Source: Eledone cirrhosa (lineage: Eukaryota). From it: a stretch of 64,000 nt of DNA. The stretch spans positions 9,176,001 through 9,240,000 of the forward strand of contig OZ024765.1 in NCBI GenBank assembly GCA_964016885.1, in the 5' to 3' direction. The notes below the pieces were generated by a model. That model searched no databases. It was not told where the DNA came from and saw only the letters and a program-made list of their open reading frames with translations. Below, piece after piece: positions 26,906 to 40,376 of the stretch (position 1 is the stretch's first letter; each line of letters starts with the position of its first letter). The position numbers and the translations under genes were made by a program.

Positions 26906-27395
26906 AGATACAAGAACATAAGAAAAAATTTATATTTATAAACCTACTTTCAATTTCCAAGCAAAATAGATGTGATGGCGTTCATGGCTTTCTCATTCTT
27001 ATTTCTACTATAATCGAGTCAATGTTTACATTTATTCTTCTGGGGCTTTCATAAAATATATTTTCACTTTCATTCGGGTTCATTAGATCCTACAACCAGA
27101 TGATCTACAGGGACCTTCTTCATGGTCATAGCTGATTATTAAATATATACGGGAGAGTGTGTGTATCTATTAGATTAGATCTTGCCGTGATGTACTCAGC
27201 AATAATTGTTTTCAATTCCGTCGTCCCTCCATCCTTGGTGTGTATATAAATATATTTGCGATTTTAACGTACAACGGCGACAATATATAAATCTGTTTTG
27301 TTTGATAATAATTAGATAAAAATTATTGCTAGAGATTGATCCCTAATATTTTATCTCACTCCTTAACCAGGGAGGAAAGGCCCTCAGACTCGGAC

Positions 27396-27545
27396 AATGT
27401 TGATAAGGAGAGCAGAGTGTATCCTTATTTGTCACGTCTTTCCAGTTGTCACGGTATATAAAAGGCAGTAGTACTAGTCACTCCTGCGAAAGACGTTGTC
27501 AGTTAGCCTTCTGTAACGAGAGAAGAAGGTCGTGGCTTTTTTTTT
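27396..27545 (+). promoter_or_regulatory. TATA-containing promoter-like module followed by GAAGGTCGTG and a T run (in every unit; older paralogues at ~20150-20317 and ~23095-23265)
   Basis: AATGTTGA(TAAGG)..GTATATAAA (TATA at 27455, 20193, 23157)..GAAG(G/A)TCGT..TTTTT is conserved in three otherwise diverged copies. Confidence 0.45.
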
Positions 27546-30500
27546 CCCTCCCTATCACATAATTTATACATTTGTCATCCTTTAGATATCAATATACAAG
27601 AGAAAGAAGAAAATTGAGAACTTCGGTCTTTTAAAAGTAACATTTATTACATTAGAGTAAAATCTTGCATTAACAATATTTTGTGAGACTAAACATGGAA
27701 TGGACAAAGAGATTATTAGAAGAAGGGCAATTGTCTCTATCTTAAACGTCAATACATTCTCCAGAAAATCGAAATGAGAATAATTACAGAGATACTTTAC
27801 AAAATGTTTTGCGATATGGTTCAAGTTATTTTGTAGTAATATGCAGCTATATTTATACATGTCTCTTATACCCCTCCACGAGGAATTGTGAATATGTATG
27901 AATATGATTTTAAAGATGGCTAAACATGTTGAAGAAAAAAAAGGAATTCAGATGATAGGAATAATAAAACATTCCTTTGCCAAGCTAAATGTCGAGAAGT
28001 CTAAAACACTAGTTGAATGATATGTGTGATACGACCTAGAATATTGTTTTGGGGCATGGTCAGACGACTTCAGAAAATACGGAGAAGCTATTGAAGGAAT
28101 CCAGAAAAGAACAAAACAGAAAACACCAGAATTATTAAGAAATCTGTCTTCTGTAGAAAGATGTTAAACTTTAGGGATTGCAAATTTAAAGGAGATAAAT
28201 CTAAGAAGGTGGGGAGGGGGGGGGGGGGGACATGATAGAAATATATATTTAAAGGACTAATATTTAAATAGTAGTACACTATTCCAATGTAAAGCTCTGA
28301 ATAACTATATCTTTCGGGGAGATATATCAAACGAGTGACATGATAGAAATATTTAAAATAATGAAAAGACTACAATATACAGTATTGCAGAAGTAAATGA
28401 AAATATAAGAAGACATCACCATTGAACTGCAGATGAAAGTCAGTACTCTTTACATTTATCCCAGGTATATAGAAAGCTATCCTGATGTCCACTGATTGAA
28501 ATATAAAACAATAAAGAAACACCACAATCCAGTAAACCTTAGTAATAATCCAATTAAGCCGCCATTTACAGTAGAAAATAGTAAGAAAACCAAAGTCACA
28601 CTCAGAAGTTAATGCAGTGAAAACAATAAAAATATTATTAATAAATAATAATAATTTCATTTCATATTATCATTAAATTGTTTGTCTATTTTTATTGTAA
28701 ACATAAAATATACTAATATATATATATACATCGATACATTCTGTGAGTATGTCTTACTTAGGCAAAAGTCAAGTAATTTGCGGGGAGGAACCAATCCGTT
28801 AAATTGATCCCAGTACATGACTGGTACTATAAGTTATATGCTCCCAAATCATAAAAATTATGGGTTAATCTAAACACTGAGAACACAAAGGTGGAGTAAA
28901 ATTATTTAAAAATTGAGGTTTTAACATTTTATCTTTTATTTACAAATTATATGTCTTGGTGTCATATTTAAGGATATAATGTAGTTATTGGTGGAAATAA
29001 TATAATATGTGATGAAGAGGTGTATATAACTGTGGATATAGAATTGTTTTAATCATTATTTTTAACGGACGAAAAAACTACATAATGACTTCTAGTCGGA
29101 GTTACGGGAAATTACGGCAAAGACCCTCTATGAAGGTTCAAATATTACACATTATCTATATATAGGAATCAGGCTAAACAATTTACGGGCACGTCGCTCT
29201 AAGTTGGAATATTTTTCACACACACAGACACGGGAGTTAGGTATGACATATTTCAAATAAGAGAACATTATTACAGACGGAGTCATTGTAGGTTCAAATC
29301 ATTGTTAGACCGATCAGAAAGAAAATGGATATTTAATTCATGAAAAAACCTGAAGTGTGAAAGACAGAGTCGACCCTTTCTAGTAACAACACTAAGAAAC
29401 CCATGAACGCCACCACGTCCTAAATCTAACTCTGCGATCGTCATATCAAATCGAAATACTTCACCAACTGTGGAAGATGAAGGATTGAAGAACTATGATA
29501 TATAGCTAAGAGGCTTGTCTCCAGAACATTTAGTAAGGTGTAAGCCAAGGGTTGCCAAATATTTTGGCGTCATTTCCCACATTCACATGAAAAAATGTTC
29601 CACCAGCCACCTGTATAGTAAATATTCCAAAGTATACCAAATATGTTTCGTAAATGTTTGTTCCTGGTTTAATTTTCCCAATTAGCTTCCTGATTTTTAT
29701 TCAGGTTCTTTGCATATATTCCTTGAATAGGTTTTCGGGTAGCATACCTTCTTAAATCTCAAAATTCTATATCGGCCACCAAAGTTTCCAATGGCCCTCA
29801 ATTTTCTGTTCAGCTGCTCATCGCCCACCCAACAGTTGAAACCGCCCAGTTGAGGAACCCCTGTGGGTAAGCTACATATTAATCGAGAGGAGGAGGTGAC
29901 TATTATAATTTTTATAAGTAATAATCTTTTAAAGACAAGAGGAAATTTCATCATTAAAATCATAAATATATGTCTACAGAATACAATACAGATTATCAAA
30001 ATGAAATTAAAAGCAAGTAAATCAGGGGCCACTAAACTTTACATATTTAGTTTTATTTCTATCGTGAAAAATGTTGATCTTCAGATATTAGATTATGGCG
30101 GCTGTAATTGTCTTTGTGTTTACGTGTTTGTTTGAAATCCTATTTTAATGTTCGTCTCTCTTTAAACATCGTTTATAGTTTGTTAAAATTAATTTTAGAT
30201 TATTCGTACCTCGTCTGTGTGGTTTATTTTGATGTAGCGTCCCTGTCTTGTTTATTTTTGGTTACATTTTAAATGTGAAATACAGGAACATCAGACATTA
30301 AAATGAAATGTTACGTAAAACACACACCTTGTGTTTATTCCAGGTATTTAGATAGATGTCCAGATGTCCACTGACAACAAAATAATACAATCATCCAGTG
30401 AAACTTGGTAATAATCCAGGTTCGTTGCAGTCACCATTCACAGTAAACAATGGTTAGAAAGAATCAAAAACAAAAACAAAAGACGTATTCAGCAGTTAAT

Positions 30501-30700
30501 GAAGTGAAAACAAAATAAAAACAACTTTACTGAATAAAATTCATTTCTTAATTTCAATAAGGTTTTTTGTTCTTTCTTTTATAAAAAAAAAAAATGTTAA
30601 TTAAAATATGTTGAATATAATATGGGACATTACTACAAAGTACAGCATTATTAGTTCAAATCTTACTTAATAAAAGAAACAAATACGCAGTTATTAGTAT

Positions 30701-31399
30701 AAAACCTAACGGAAATCGAACCCTAAATCAGGATCTCCACCGTATCTAGTGCTTACCATTAGGCCACAGGGACGGTTACAAAAATTTTTTGAAAATTAAT
30801 ATTTACTTACCTATACTAGAAAAAACCGGAAGTGGAGAAAATTGAAAAACTTCTTCTTTTTCTTCCTCTGATTTTTGCCACGAACGATAACTCGTCTCTG
30901 ACTTAAATCCAAATTTTGGATAAAAAAAAATCAGAGGAAGAAAAAGAAGATGTTTTTCAATTTTCTCCACTTCCGGTTTTTTCTAGTAATGAAAAAGTAG
31001 GTTTATAAATATTAATTTTCAGTAAGTTTCTGTAACCGTCCCTTTAGCTTAGTGGTAAGTATAAGAGCCGGTGGAGGTCCAGGTCCGGGGTTCAATCACT
31101 GGCAGTGTGTCGTATTATATTTTTTATAGTATAAAACAAAAATAAAAAAGTAACTTTATAAATATTAATTTTCACACTGTTTTTATATCTGTCTCCGTGG
31201 CCTAATGGTAGGTATTAGAGACGGTGGAGAACCTGCTCTGAGTTTCGATCTCAGTCAAAGTCTATAGGTAATAATTTCATTTTTTACTTTGCTAGAGAAA
31301 AATTTAAATTTTAAAATATATAGTACAGATTCGGACTGAGATTGAACACCACATCAGTGTCTACATAGTCTCTAACACCTACCATTAGGCCAACGAAAC
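30701..31399. ncRNA. Cluster of tRNA-like units a-d (array unit 2)
   Basis: Same sequence and arrangement as 26206-26905. Confidence 0.5.
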
Positions 31400-34300
31400 A
31401 GATACAAGAACATAAGAAAAAATTTATATTTATAAACCTACTTTCAATTTCCAAGCAAAATAGATGTGATGGCGTTCATGGCTTTCTCATTCTTATTTCT
31501 ACTATAATCGAGTCAATGTTTACATTTATTCTTCTGGGGCTTTCATAAAATATATTTTCACTTTCATTCGGGTTCATTAGATCCTACAACCAGATGATCT
31601 ACAGGGACCTTCTTCATGGTCATAGCTGATTATTAAATATATACGGGAGAGTGTGTGTATCTATTAGATTAGATCTTGCCGTGATGTACTCAGCAATAAT
31701 TGTTTTCAATTCCGTCGTCCCTCCATCCTTGGTGTGTATATAAATATATTTGCGATTTTAACGTACAACGGCGACAATATATAAATCTGTTTTGTTTGAT
31801 AATAATTAGATAAAAATTATTGCTAGAGATTGATCCCTAATATTTTATCTCACTCCTTAACCAGGGAGGAAAGGCCCTCAGACTCGGACAATGTTGATAA
31901 GGAGAGCAGAGTGTATCCTTATTTGTCACGTCTTTCCAGTTGTCACGGTATATAAAAGGCAGTAGTACTAGTCACTCCTGCGAAAGACGTTGTCAGTTAG
32001 CCTTCTGTAACGAGAGAAGAAGGTCGTGGCTTTTTTTTTCCCTCCCTATCACATAATTTATACATTTGTCATCCTTTAGATATCAATATACAAGAGAAAG
32101 AAGAAAATTGAGAACTTCGGTCTTTTAAAAGTAACATTTATTACATTAGAGTAAAATCTTGCATTAACAATATTTTGTGAGACTAAACATGGAATGGACA
32201 AAGAGATTATTAGAAGAAGGGCAATTGTCTCTATCTTAAACGTCAATACATTCTCCAGAAAATCGAAATGAGAATAATTACAGAGATACTTTACAAAATG
32301 TTTTGCGATATGGTTCAAGTTATTTTGTAGTAATATGCAGCTATATTTATACATGTCTCTTATACCCCTCCACGAGGAATTGTGAATATGTATGAATATG
32401 ATTTTAAAGATGGCTAAACATGAAGAAAAAAAAGGAATTCAGATGATAGGAATAATAAAACATTCCTTTGCCAAGCTAAATGTCGAGAAGTCTAAAACAC
32501 TAGTTGAATGATATGTGTGATACGACCTAGAATATTGTTTTGGGGCATGGTCAGACGACTTCAGAAAATACGGAGAAGCTATTGAAGGAATCCAGAAAAG
32601 AACAAAACGGAAAACACCAGAATTATTAAGAAATCTGTCTTCTGTAGAAAGATGTTAAACTTTAGGGATTGCAAATTTAGAGGAGATAAATCTAAGAGGG
32701 TAGGGGGGGGGGACATGATAGAAATATATATTTAAAGGACTAATATTTAAATAGTAGTACACTATTCCAATGTAAAGCTCTGAATAACTATATCTTTCGG
32801 GGAGATATATCAAACGAGTGACATGATAGAAATATTTAAAATAATGAAAAGACTACAATATACAGTATTGCAGAAGTAAATGAAAATATAAGAAGACATC
32901 ACCATTGAACTGCAGATGAAAGTCAGTACTCTTTACATTTATCCCAGGTATATAGAAAGCTATCCTGATGTCCACTGATTGAAATATAAAACAATAAAGA
33001 AACACCACAATCCAGTAAACCTTAGTAATAATCCAATTAAGCCGCCATTTACAGTAGAAAATAGTAAGAAAACCAAAGTCACACTCAGAAGTTAATGCAG
33101 TGAAAACAATAAAAATATTATTAATAAATAATAATAATTTCATTTCATATTATCATTAAATTGTTTGTCTATTTTTATTGTAAACATAAAATATACTAAT
33201 ATATATATATACATCGATACATTCTGTGAGTATGTCTTACTTAGGCAAAAGTCAAGTAATTTGCGGGGAGGAACCAATCCGTTAAATTGATCCCAGTACA
33301 TGACTGGTACTATAAGTTATATGCTCCCAAATCATAAAAATTATGGGTTAATCTAAACACTGAGAACACAAAGGTGGAGTAAAATTATTTAAAAATTGAG
33401 GTTTTAACATTTTATCTTTTATTTACAAATTATATGTCTTGGTGTCATATTTAAGGATATAATGTAGTTATTGGTGGAAATAATATAATATGTGATGAAG
33501 AGGTGTATATAACTGTGGATATAGAATTGTTTTAATCATTATTTTTAACGGACGAAAAAACTACATAATGACTTCTAGTCGGAGTTACGGGAAATTACGG
33601 CAAAGACCCTCCATGAAGGTTCAAATATTACACATTATCTATATATAGGAATCAGGCTAAACAATTTACGGGCACGTCGCTCTAAGTTGGAATATTTTTC
33701 ACACACACAGACACGGGAGTTAGGTATGGCATATTTCAAATAAGAGAACATTATTACAGACGGAGTCATTGTAGGTTCAAATCATTGTTAGACCGATCAG
33801 AAAGAAAATGGATATTTAATTCATGAAAAAACCTGAAGTGTGAAAGACAGAGTCGACCCTTTCTAGTAACAACACTAAGAAACCCATGAACGCCACCACG
33901 TCCTAAATCTAACTCTGCGATCGTCATATCAAATCGAAATACTTCACCAACTGTGGAAGATGAAGGATTGAAGAACTATGATATATAGCTAAGAGGCTTG
34001 TCTCCAGAACATTTAGTAAGGTGTAAGCCAAGGGTTGCCAAATATTTTGGCGTCATTTCCCACATTCACATGAAAAAATGTTCCACCAGCCACCTGTATA
34101 GTAAATATTCCAAAGTATACCAAATATGTTTATGTTTGTTCCTGGTTTAATTTTCCCAATTAGCTTCCTGATTTTTATTCAGGTTCTTTGCATATATTCC
34201 TTGAATAGGTTTTCGGGTAGCATACCTTCTTAAATCTCAAAATTCTATATCGGCCACCAAAGTTTCCAATGGCCCTCAATTTTCTGTTCAGCTGCTCATC

Positions 34301-35178
34301 GCCCACCCAACAGTTGAAACCGCCCAGTTGAGGAACCCCTGTGGGTAAGCTACATATTAATCGAGAGGAGGAGGTGACTATTATAATTTTTATAAGTAAT
34401 AATCTTTTAAAGACAAGAGGAAATTTCATCATTAAAATCATAAATATATGTCTACAGAATACAATACAGATTATCAAAATGAAATTAAAAGCAAGTAAAT
34501 CAGGGGCCACTAAACTTTACATATTTAGTTTTATTTCTATCGTGAAAAATGTTGATCTTCAGATATTAGATTATGGCGGCTGTAATTGTCTTTGTGTTTA
34601 CGTGTTTGTTTGAAATCCTATTTTAATGTTCGTCTCTCTTTAAACATCGTTTATAGTTTGTTAAAATTAATTTTAGATTATTCGTACCTCGTCTGTGTGG
34701 TTTATTTTGATGTAGCGTCCCTGTCTTGTTTATTTTTGGTTACATTTTAAATGTGAAATACAAGAACATCAGACATTAAAATGAAATGTTACGTAAAACA
34801 CACACCTTGTGTTTATTCCAGGTATTTAGATAGATGTCCAGATGTCCACTGACAACAAAATAATACAATCATCCAGTGAAACTTGGTAATAATCCAGGTT
34901 CGTTGCAGTCACCATTCACAGTAAACAATGGTTAGAAAGAATCAAAAACAAAAACAAAAGACGTATTCAGCAGTTAATGAAGTGAAAACAAAATAAAAAC
35001 AACTTTACTGAATAAAATTCATTTCTTAATTTCAATAAGGTTTTTTGTTCTTTCTTTTATAAAAAAAATAAATTTTAATTAAAATATGTTGATTATAATA
35101 TGGGACATTACTACAACGTACAGTATTATTAGTTCAAATCTTACTTAATAAAAGCAACAAATACGCAGTTATTAGTAT

Positions 35179-35890
35179 AAAACATAACGGAAATCGAACC
35201 CTAAATCAGGATCTCCACCGTCTCTATCGCTTACCATTAGGCCACAGGGACGGTTACAAAAATATTTTGAAAATTAATATTTACTTACCTATACTAGAAA
35301 AAACCGGAAGTGGAGAAAATTGAAAAACTTCTTCTTTTTCTTCCTCTGATTTTTGCCACGAACGATAACTCGTCTCTGACTTAAATCCAAATTTTGGATA
35401 AAAAAAAATCAGAGGAAGAGAAAGAAGATGTTTTTCAATTTTCTCCACTTCCGGTTTTTTCTAGTAATGAAAAAGTAGGTTTATAAATATTAATTTTCAG
35501 TAAGTTTCTGTAACCGTCCCTTTAGCTTAGTGGTAAGTATAAGAGCCGGTGGAGGTCCAGGTCCGGGGTTCAATCACTGGCAGTGTGTCGTATTATATTT
35601 TTTATAGTATGAAACAAAAGTATAAAACAAAAATAAAAAAGTAACTTTATAAATATTAATTTTCACACTGTTTTTATATCTGTCTCCGTGGCCTAATGGT
35701 AGGTATTAGAGACGGTGGAGAACCTGCTCTGAGTTTCGATCTCAGTCAAAGTCTATAGGTAATAATTTCATTTTTTACTTTGCTAGAGAAAAATTTAAAT
35801 TTTAAAATATATAGTACAGATTCGGACTGAGATTGAACACCACATCAGTGTCTACATAGTCTCTAACACCTACCATTAGGCCAACGAAAC
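35179..35890. ncRNA. Cluster of tRNA-like units a-d (array unit 3)
   Basis: Same sequence and arrangement as unit 1. Confidence 0.5.
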
Positions 35891-38800
35891 AGATACAAGA
35901 ACATAAGAAAAAATTTATATTTATAAACCTACTTTCAATTTCCAAGCAAAATAGATGTGATGGCGTTCATGGCTTTCTCATTCTTATTTCTACTATAATC
36001 GAGTCAATGTTTACATTTATTCTTCTGGGGCTTTCATAAAATATATTTTCACTTTCATTCGGGTTCATTAGATCCTACAACCAGATGATCTACAGGGACC
36101 TTCTTCATGGTCATAGCTGATTATTAAATATATACGGGAGAGTGTGTGTATCTATTAGATTAGATCTTGCCGTGATGTACTCAGCAATAATTGTTTTCAA
36201 TTCCGTCGTCCCTCCATCCTTGGTGTGTATATAAATATATTTGCGATTTTAACGTACAACGGCGACAATATATAAATCTGTTTTGTTTGATAATAATTAG
36301 ATAAAAATTATTGCTAGAGATTGATCCCTAATATTTTATCTCACTCCTTAACCAGGGAGGAAAGGCCCTCAGACTCGGACAATGTTGATAAGGAGAGCAG
36401 AGTGTATCCTTATTTGTCACGTCTTTCCAGTTGTCACGGTATATAAAAGGCAGTAGTACTAGTCACTCCTGCGAAAGACGTTGTCAGTTAGCCTTCTGTA
36501 ACGAGAGAAGAAGGTCGTGGCTTTTTTTTTTCCTCCCTATCACATAATTTATACATTTGTCATCCTTTAGATATCAATATACAAGAGAAAGAAGAAAATT
36601 GAGAACTTCGGTCTTTTAAAAGTAACATTTATTACATTAGAGTAAAATCTTGCATTAACAATATTTTGTGAGACTAAACATGGAATGGACAAAGAGATTA
36701 TTAGAAGAAGGGCAATTGTCTCTATCTTAAACGTCAATACATTCTCCAGAAAATCGAAATGAGAATAATTACAGAGATACTTTACAAAATGTTTTGCGAT
36801 ATGGTTCAAGTTATTTTGTAGTAATATGCAGCTATATTTATACATGTCTCTTATACCCCTCCACGAGGAATTGTGAATATGTATGAATATGATTTTAAAG
36901 ATGGCTAAACATGTTGAAGAAAAAAAAGGAATTCAGATGATAGGAATAATAAAACATTCCTTTGCCAAGCTAAATGTCGAGAAGTCTAAAACACTAGTTG
37001 AATGATATGTGTGATACGACCTAGAATATTGTTTTGGGGCATGGTCAGACGACTTCAGAAAATACGGAGAAGCTATTGAAGGAATCCAGAAAAGAACAAA
37101 ACAGAAAACACCAGAATTATTAAGAAATCTGTCTTCTGAAGAAAGATGTTAAACTTTAGGGATTGCAAATTTAAAGGAGATAAATCTAAGAAGGTGGGGA
37201 GGGGGGGGGGGGGACATGATAGAAATATATATTTAAAGGACTAATATTTAAATAGTAGTACACTATTCCAATGTAAAGCTCTGAATAACTATATCTTTCG
37301 GGGAGATATATCAAACGAGTGACATGATAGAAATATTTAAAATAATGAAAAGACTACAATATACAGTATTGCAGAAGTAAATGAAAATATAAGAAGACAT
37401 CACCATTGAACTGCAGATGAAAGTCAGTACTCTTTACGTTTATCCCAGGTATATAGAAAGCTATCCTGATGTCCACTGATTGAAATATAAAACAATAAAG
37501 AAACACCACAATCCAGTAAACCTTAGTAATAATCCAATTAAGCCGCCATTTACAGTAGAAAATAGTAAGAAAACCAAAGTCACACTCAGAAGTTAATGCA
37601 GTGAAAACAATAAAAATATTATTAATAAATAATAATAATTTCATTTCATATTATCATTAAATTGTTTGTCTATTTTTATTGTAAACATAAAATATACTAA
37701 TATATATATATACATCGATACATTCTGTGAGTATGTCTTACTTAGGCAAAAGTCAAGTAATTTGCGGGGAGGAACCAATCCGTTAAATTGTTCCCAGTAC
37801 ATGACTGGTACTATAAGTTATATGCTCCCAAATCATAAAAATTATGGGTTAATCTAAACACTGAGAACACAAAGGTGGAGTAAAATTATTTAAAAATTGA
37901 GGTTTTAACATTTTATCTTTTATTTACAAATTATATGTCTTGGTGTCATATTTAAGGATATAATGTAGTTATTGGTGGAAATAATATAATATGTGATGAA
38001 GAGGTGTATATAACTGTGGATATAGAATTGTTTTAATCATTATTTTTAACGGACGAAAAAACTACATAATGACTTCTAGTCGGAGTTACGGGAAATTACG
38101 GCAAAGACCCTCCATGAAGGTTCAAATATTACACATTATCTATATATAGGAATCAGGCTAAACAATTTACGGGCACGTCGCTCTAAGTTGGAATATTTTT
38201 CACACACACAGACACGGGAGTTAGGTATGGCATATTTCAAATAAGAGAACATTATTACAGACGGAGTCATTGTAGGTTCAAATCATTGTTAGACCGATCA
38301 GAAAGAAAATGGATATTTAATTCATGAAAAAACCTGAAGTGTGAAAGACAGAGTCGACCCTTTCTAGTAACAACACTAAGAAACCCATGAACGCCACCAC
38401 GTCCTAAATCTAACTCTGCGATCGTCATATCAAATCGAAATACTTCACCAACTGTGGAAGATGAAGGATTGAAGAACTATGATATATAGCGAAGAGGCTT
38501 GTCTCCAGAACATTTAGTAAGGTGTAAGCCAAGGGTTGCCAAATATTTTGGCGTCATTTCCCACATTCACATGAAAAAATGTTCCACCAGCCACCTGTAT
38601 AGTAAATATTCCAAAGTATACCAAATATGTTTATGTTTGTTCCTGGTTTAATTTTCCCAATTAGCTTCCTGATTTTTATTCAGGTTCTTTGCATATATTC
38701 CTTGAATAGGTTTTCGGGTAGCATACCTTCTTAAATCTCAAAATTCTATATCGGCCACCAAAGTTTCCAATGGCCCTCAATTTTCTGTTCAGCTGCTCAT

Positions 38801-39677
38801 CGCCCACCCAACAGTTGAAACCGCCCAGTTGAGGAACCCCTGTGGGTAAGCTACATATTAATCGAGAGGAGGAGGTGACTATTATAATTTTTATAAGTAA
38901 TAATCTTTTAAAGACAAGAGGAAATTTCATCATTAAAATCATAAATATATGTCTACAGAATACAGATTATCAAAATGAAATTAAAAGCAAGTAAATCAGG
39001 GGCCACTAAACTTTACATATTTAGTTTTATTTCTATCGTGAAAAATGTTGATCTTCAGATATTAGATTATGGCGGCTGTAATTGTCTTTGTGTTTACGTG
39101 TTTGTTTGAAATCCTATTTTAATGTTCGTCTCTCTTTAAACATCGTTTATAGTTTGTTAAAATTAATTATTTTAGATTATTCGTACCTCGTCTGTGTGGT
39201 TTATTTTGATGTAGCGTCCCTGTCTTGTTTATTTTTGGTTACATTTTAAATGTGAAATACAGGAACATCAGACATTAAAATGAAATGTTACGTAAAACAC
39301 ACACCTTGTGTTTATTCCAGGTATTTAGATAGATGTCCAGATGTCCACTGACAACAAAATAATACAATCATCCAGTGAAACTTGGTAATAATCCAGGTTC
39401 GTTGCAGTCACCATTCACAGTAAACAATGGTTAGAAAGAATCAAAAACAAAAACAAAAGACGTATTCAGCAGTTAATGAAGTGAAAACAAAATAAAAACA
39501 ACTTTACTGAATAAAATTCATTTCTTAATTTCAATAAGGTTTTTTGTTCTTTCTTTTATAAAAAAAATAAATTTTAATTAAAATATGTTGATTATAATAT
39601 GGGACATTACTACAACGTACAGTATTATTAGTTCAAATCTTACTTAATAAAAGCAACAAATACGCAGTTATTAGTAT

Positions 39678-40376
39678 AAAACATAACGGAAATCGAACCC
39701 TAAATCAGGATCTCCACCGTCTCTATCGCTTACCATTAGGCCACAGGGACGGTTACAAAAATATTTTGAAAATTAATATTTACTTACCTATACTAGAAAA
39801 AACCGGAAGTGGAGAAAATTGAAAAACTTCTTCTTTTTCTTCCTCTGATTTTTGCCACGAACGATAACTCGTCTCTGACTTAAATCCAAATTTTGGATAA
39901 AAAAAAATCAGAGGAAGAAAAAGAAGATGTTTTTCAATTTTCTCCACTTCCGGTTTTTTCTAGTAATGAAAAAGTAGGTTTATAAATATTAATTTTCAGT
40001 AAGTTTCTGTAACCGTCCCTTTAGCTTAGTGGTAAGTATAAGAGCCGGTGGAGGTCCAGGTCCGGGGTTCAATCACTGGCAGTGTGTCGTATTATATTTT
40101 TTATAGTATAAAACAAAAATAAAAAAGTAACTTTATAAATATTAATTTTCACACTGTTTTTATATCTGTCTCCGTGGCCTAATGGTAGGTATTAGAGACG
40201 GTGGAGAACCTGCTCTGAGTTTCGATCTCAGTCAAAGTCTATAGGTAATAATTTCATTTTTTACTTTGCTAGAGAAAAATTTAAATTTTAAAATATATAG
40301 TACAGATTCGGACTGAGATTGAACACCACATCAGTGTCTACATAGTCTCTAACACCTACCATTAGGCCAACGAAAC
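39678..40376. ncRNA. Cluster of tRNA-like units a-d (array unit 4)
   Basis: Same sequence and arrangement as unit 1. Confidence 0.5.

Noticed and set aside
23518-28009. 5S rRNA, U1/U2/U6, SL RNA or histone tandem array
   Set aside because: None of the diagnostic sequences could be recognised on either strand of the unit.
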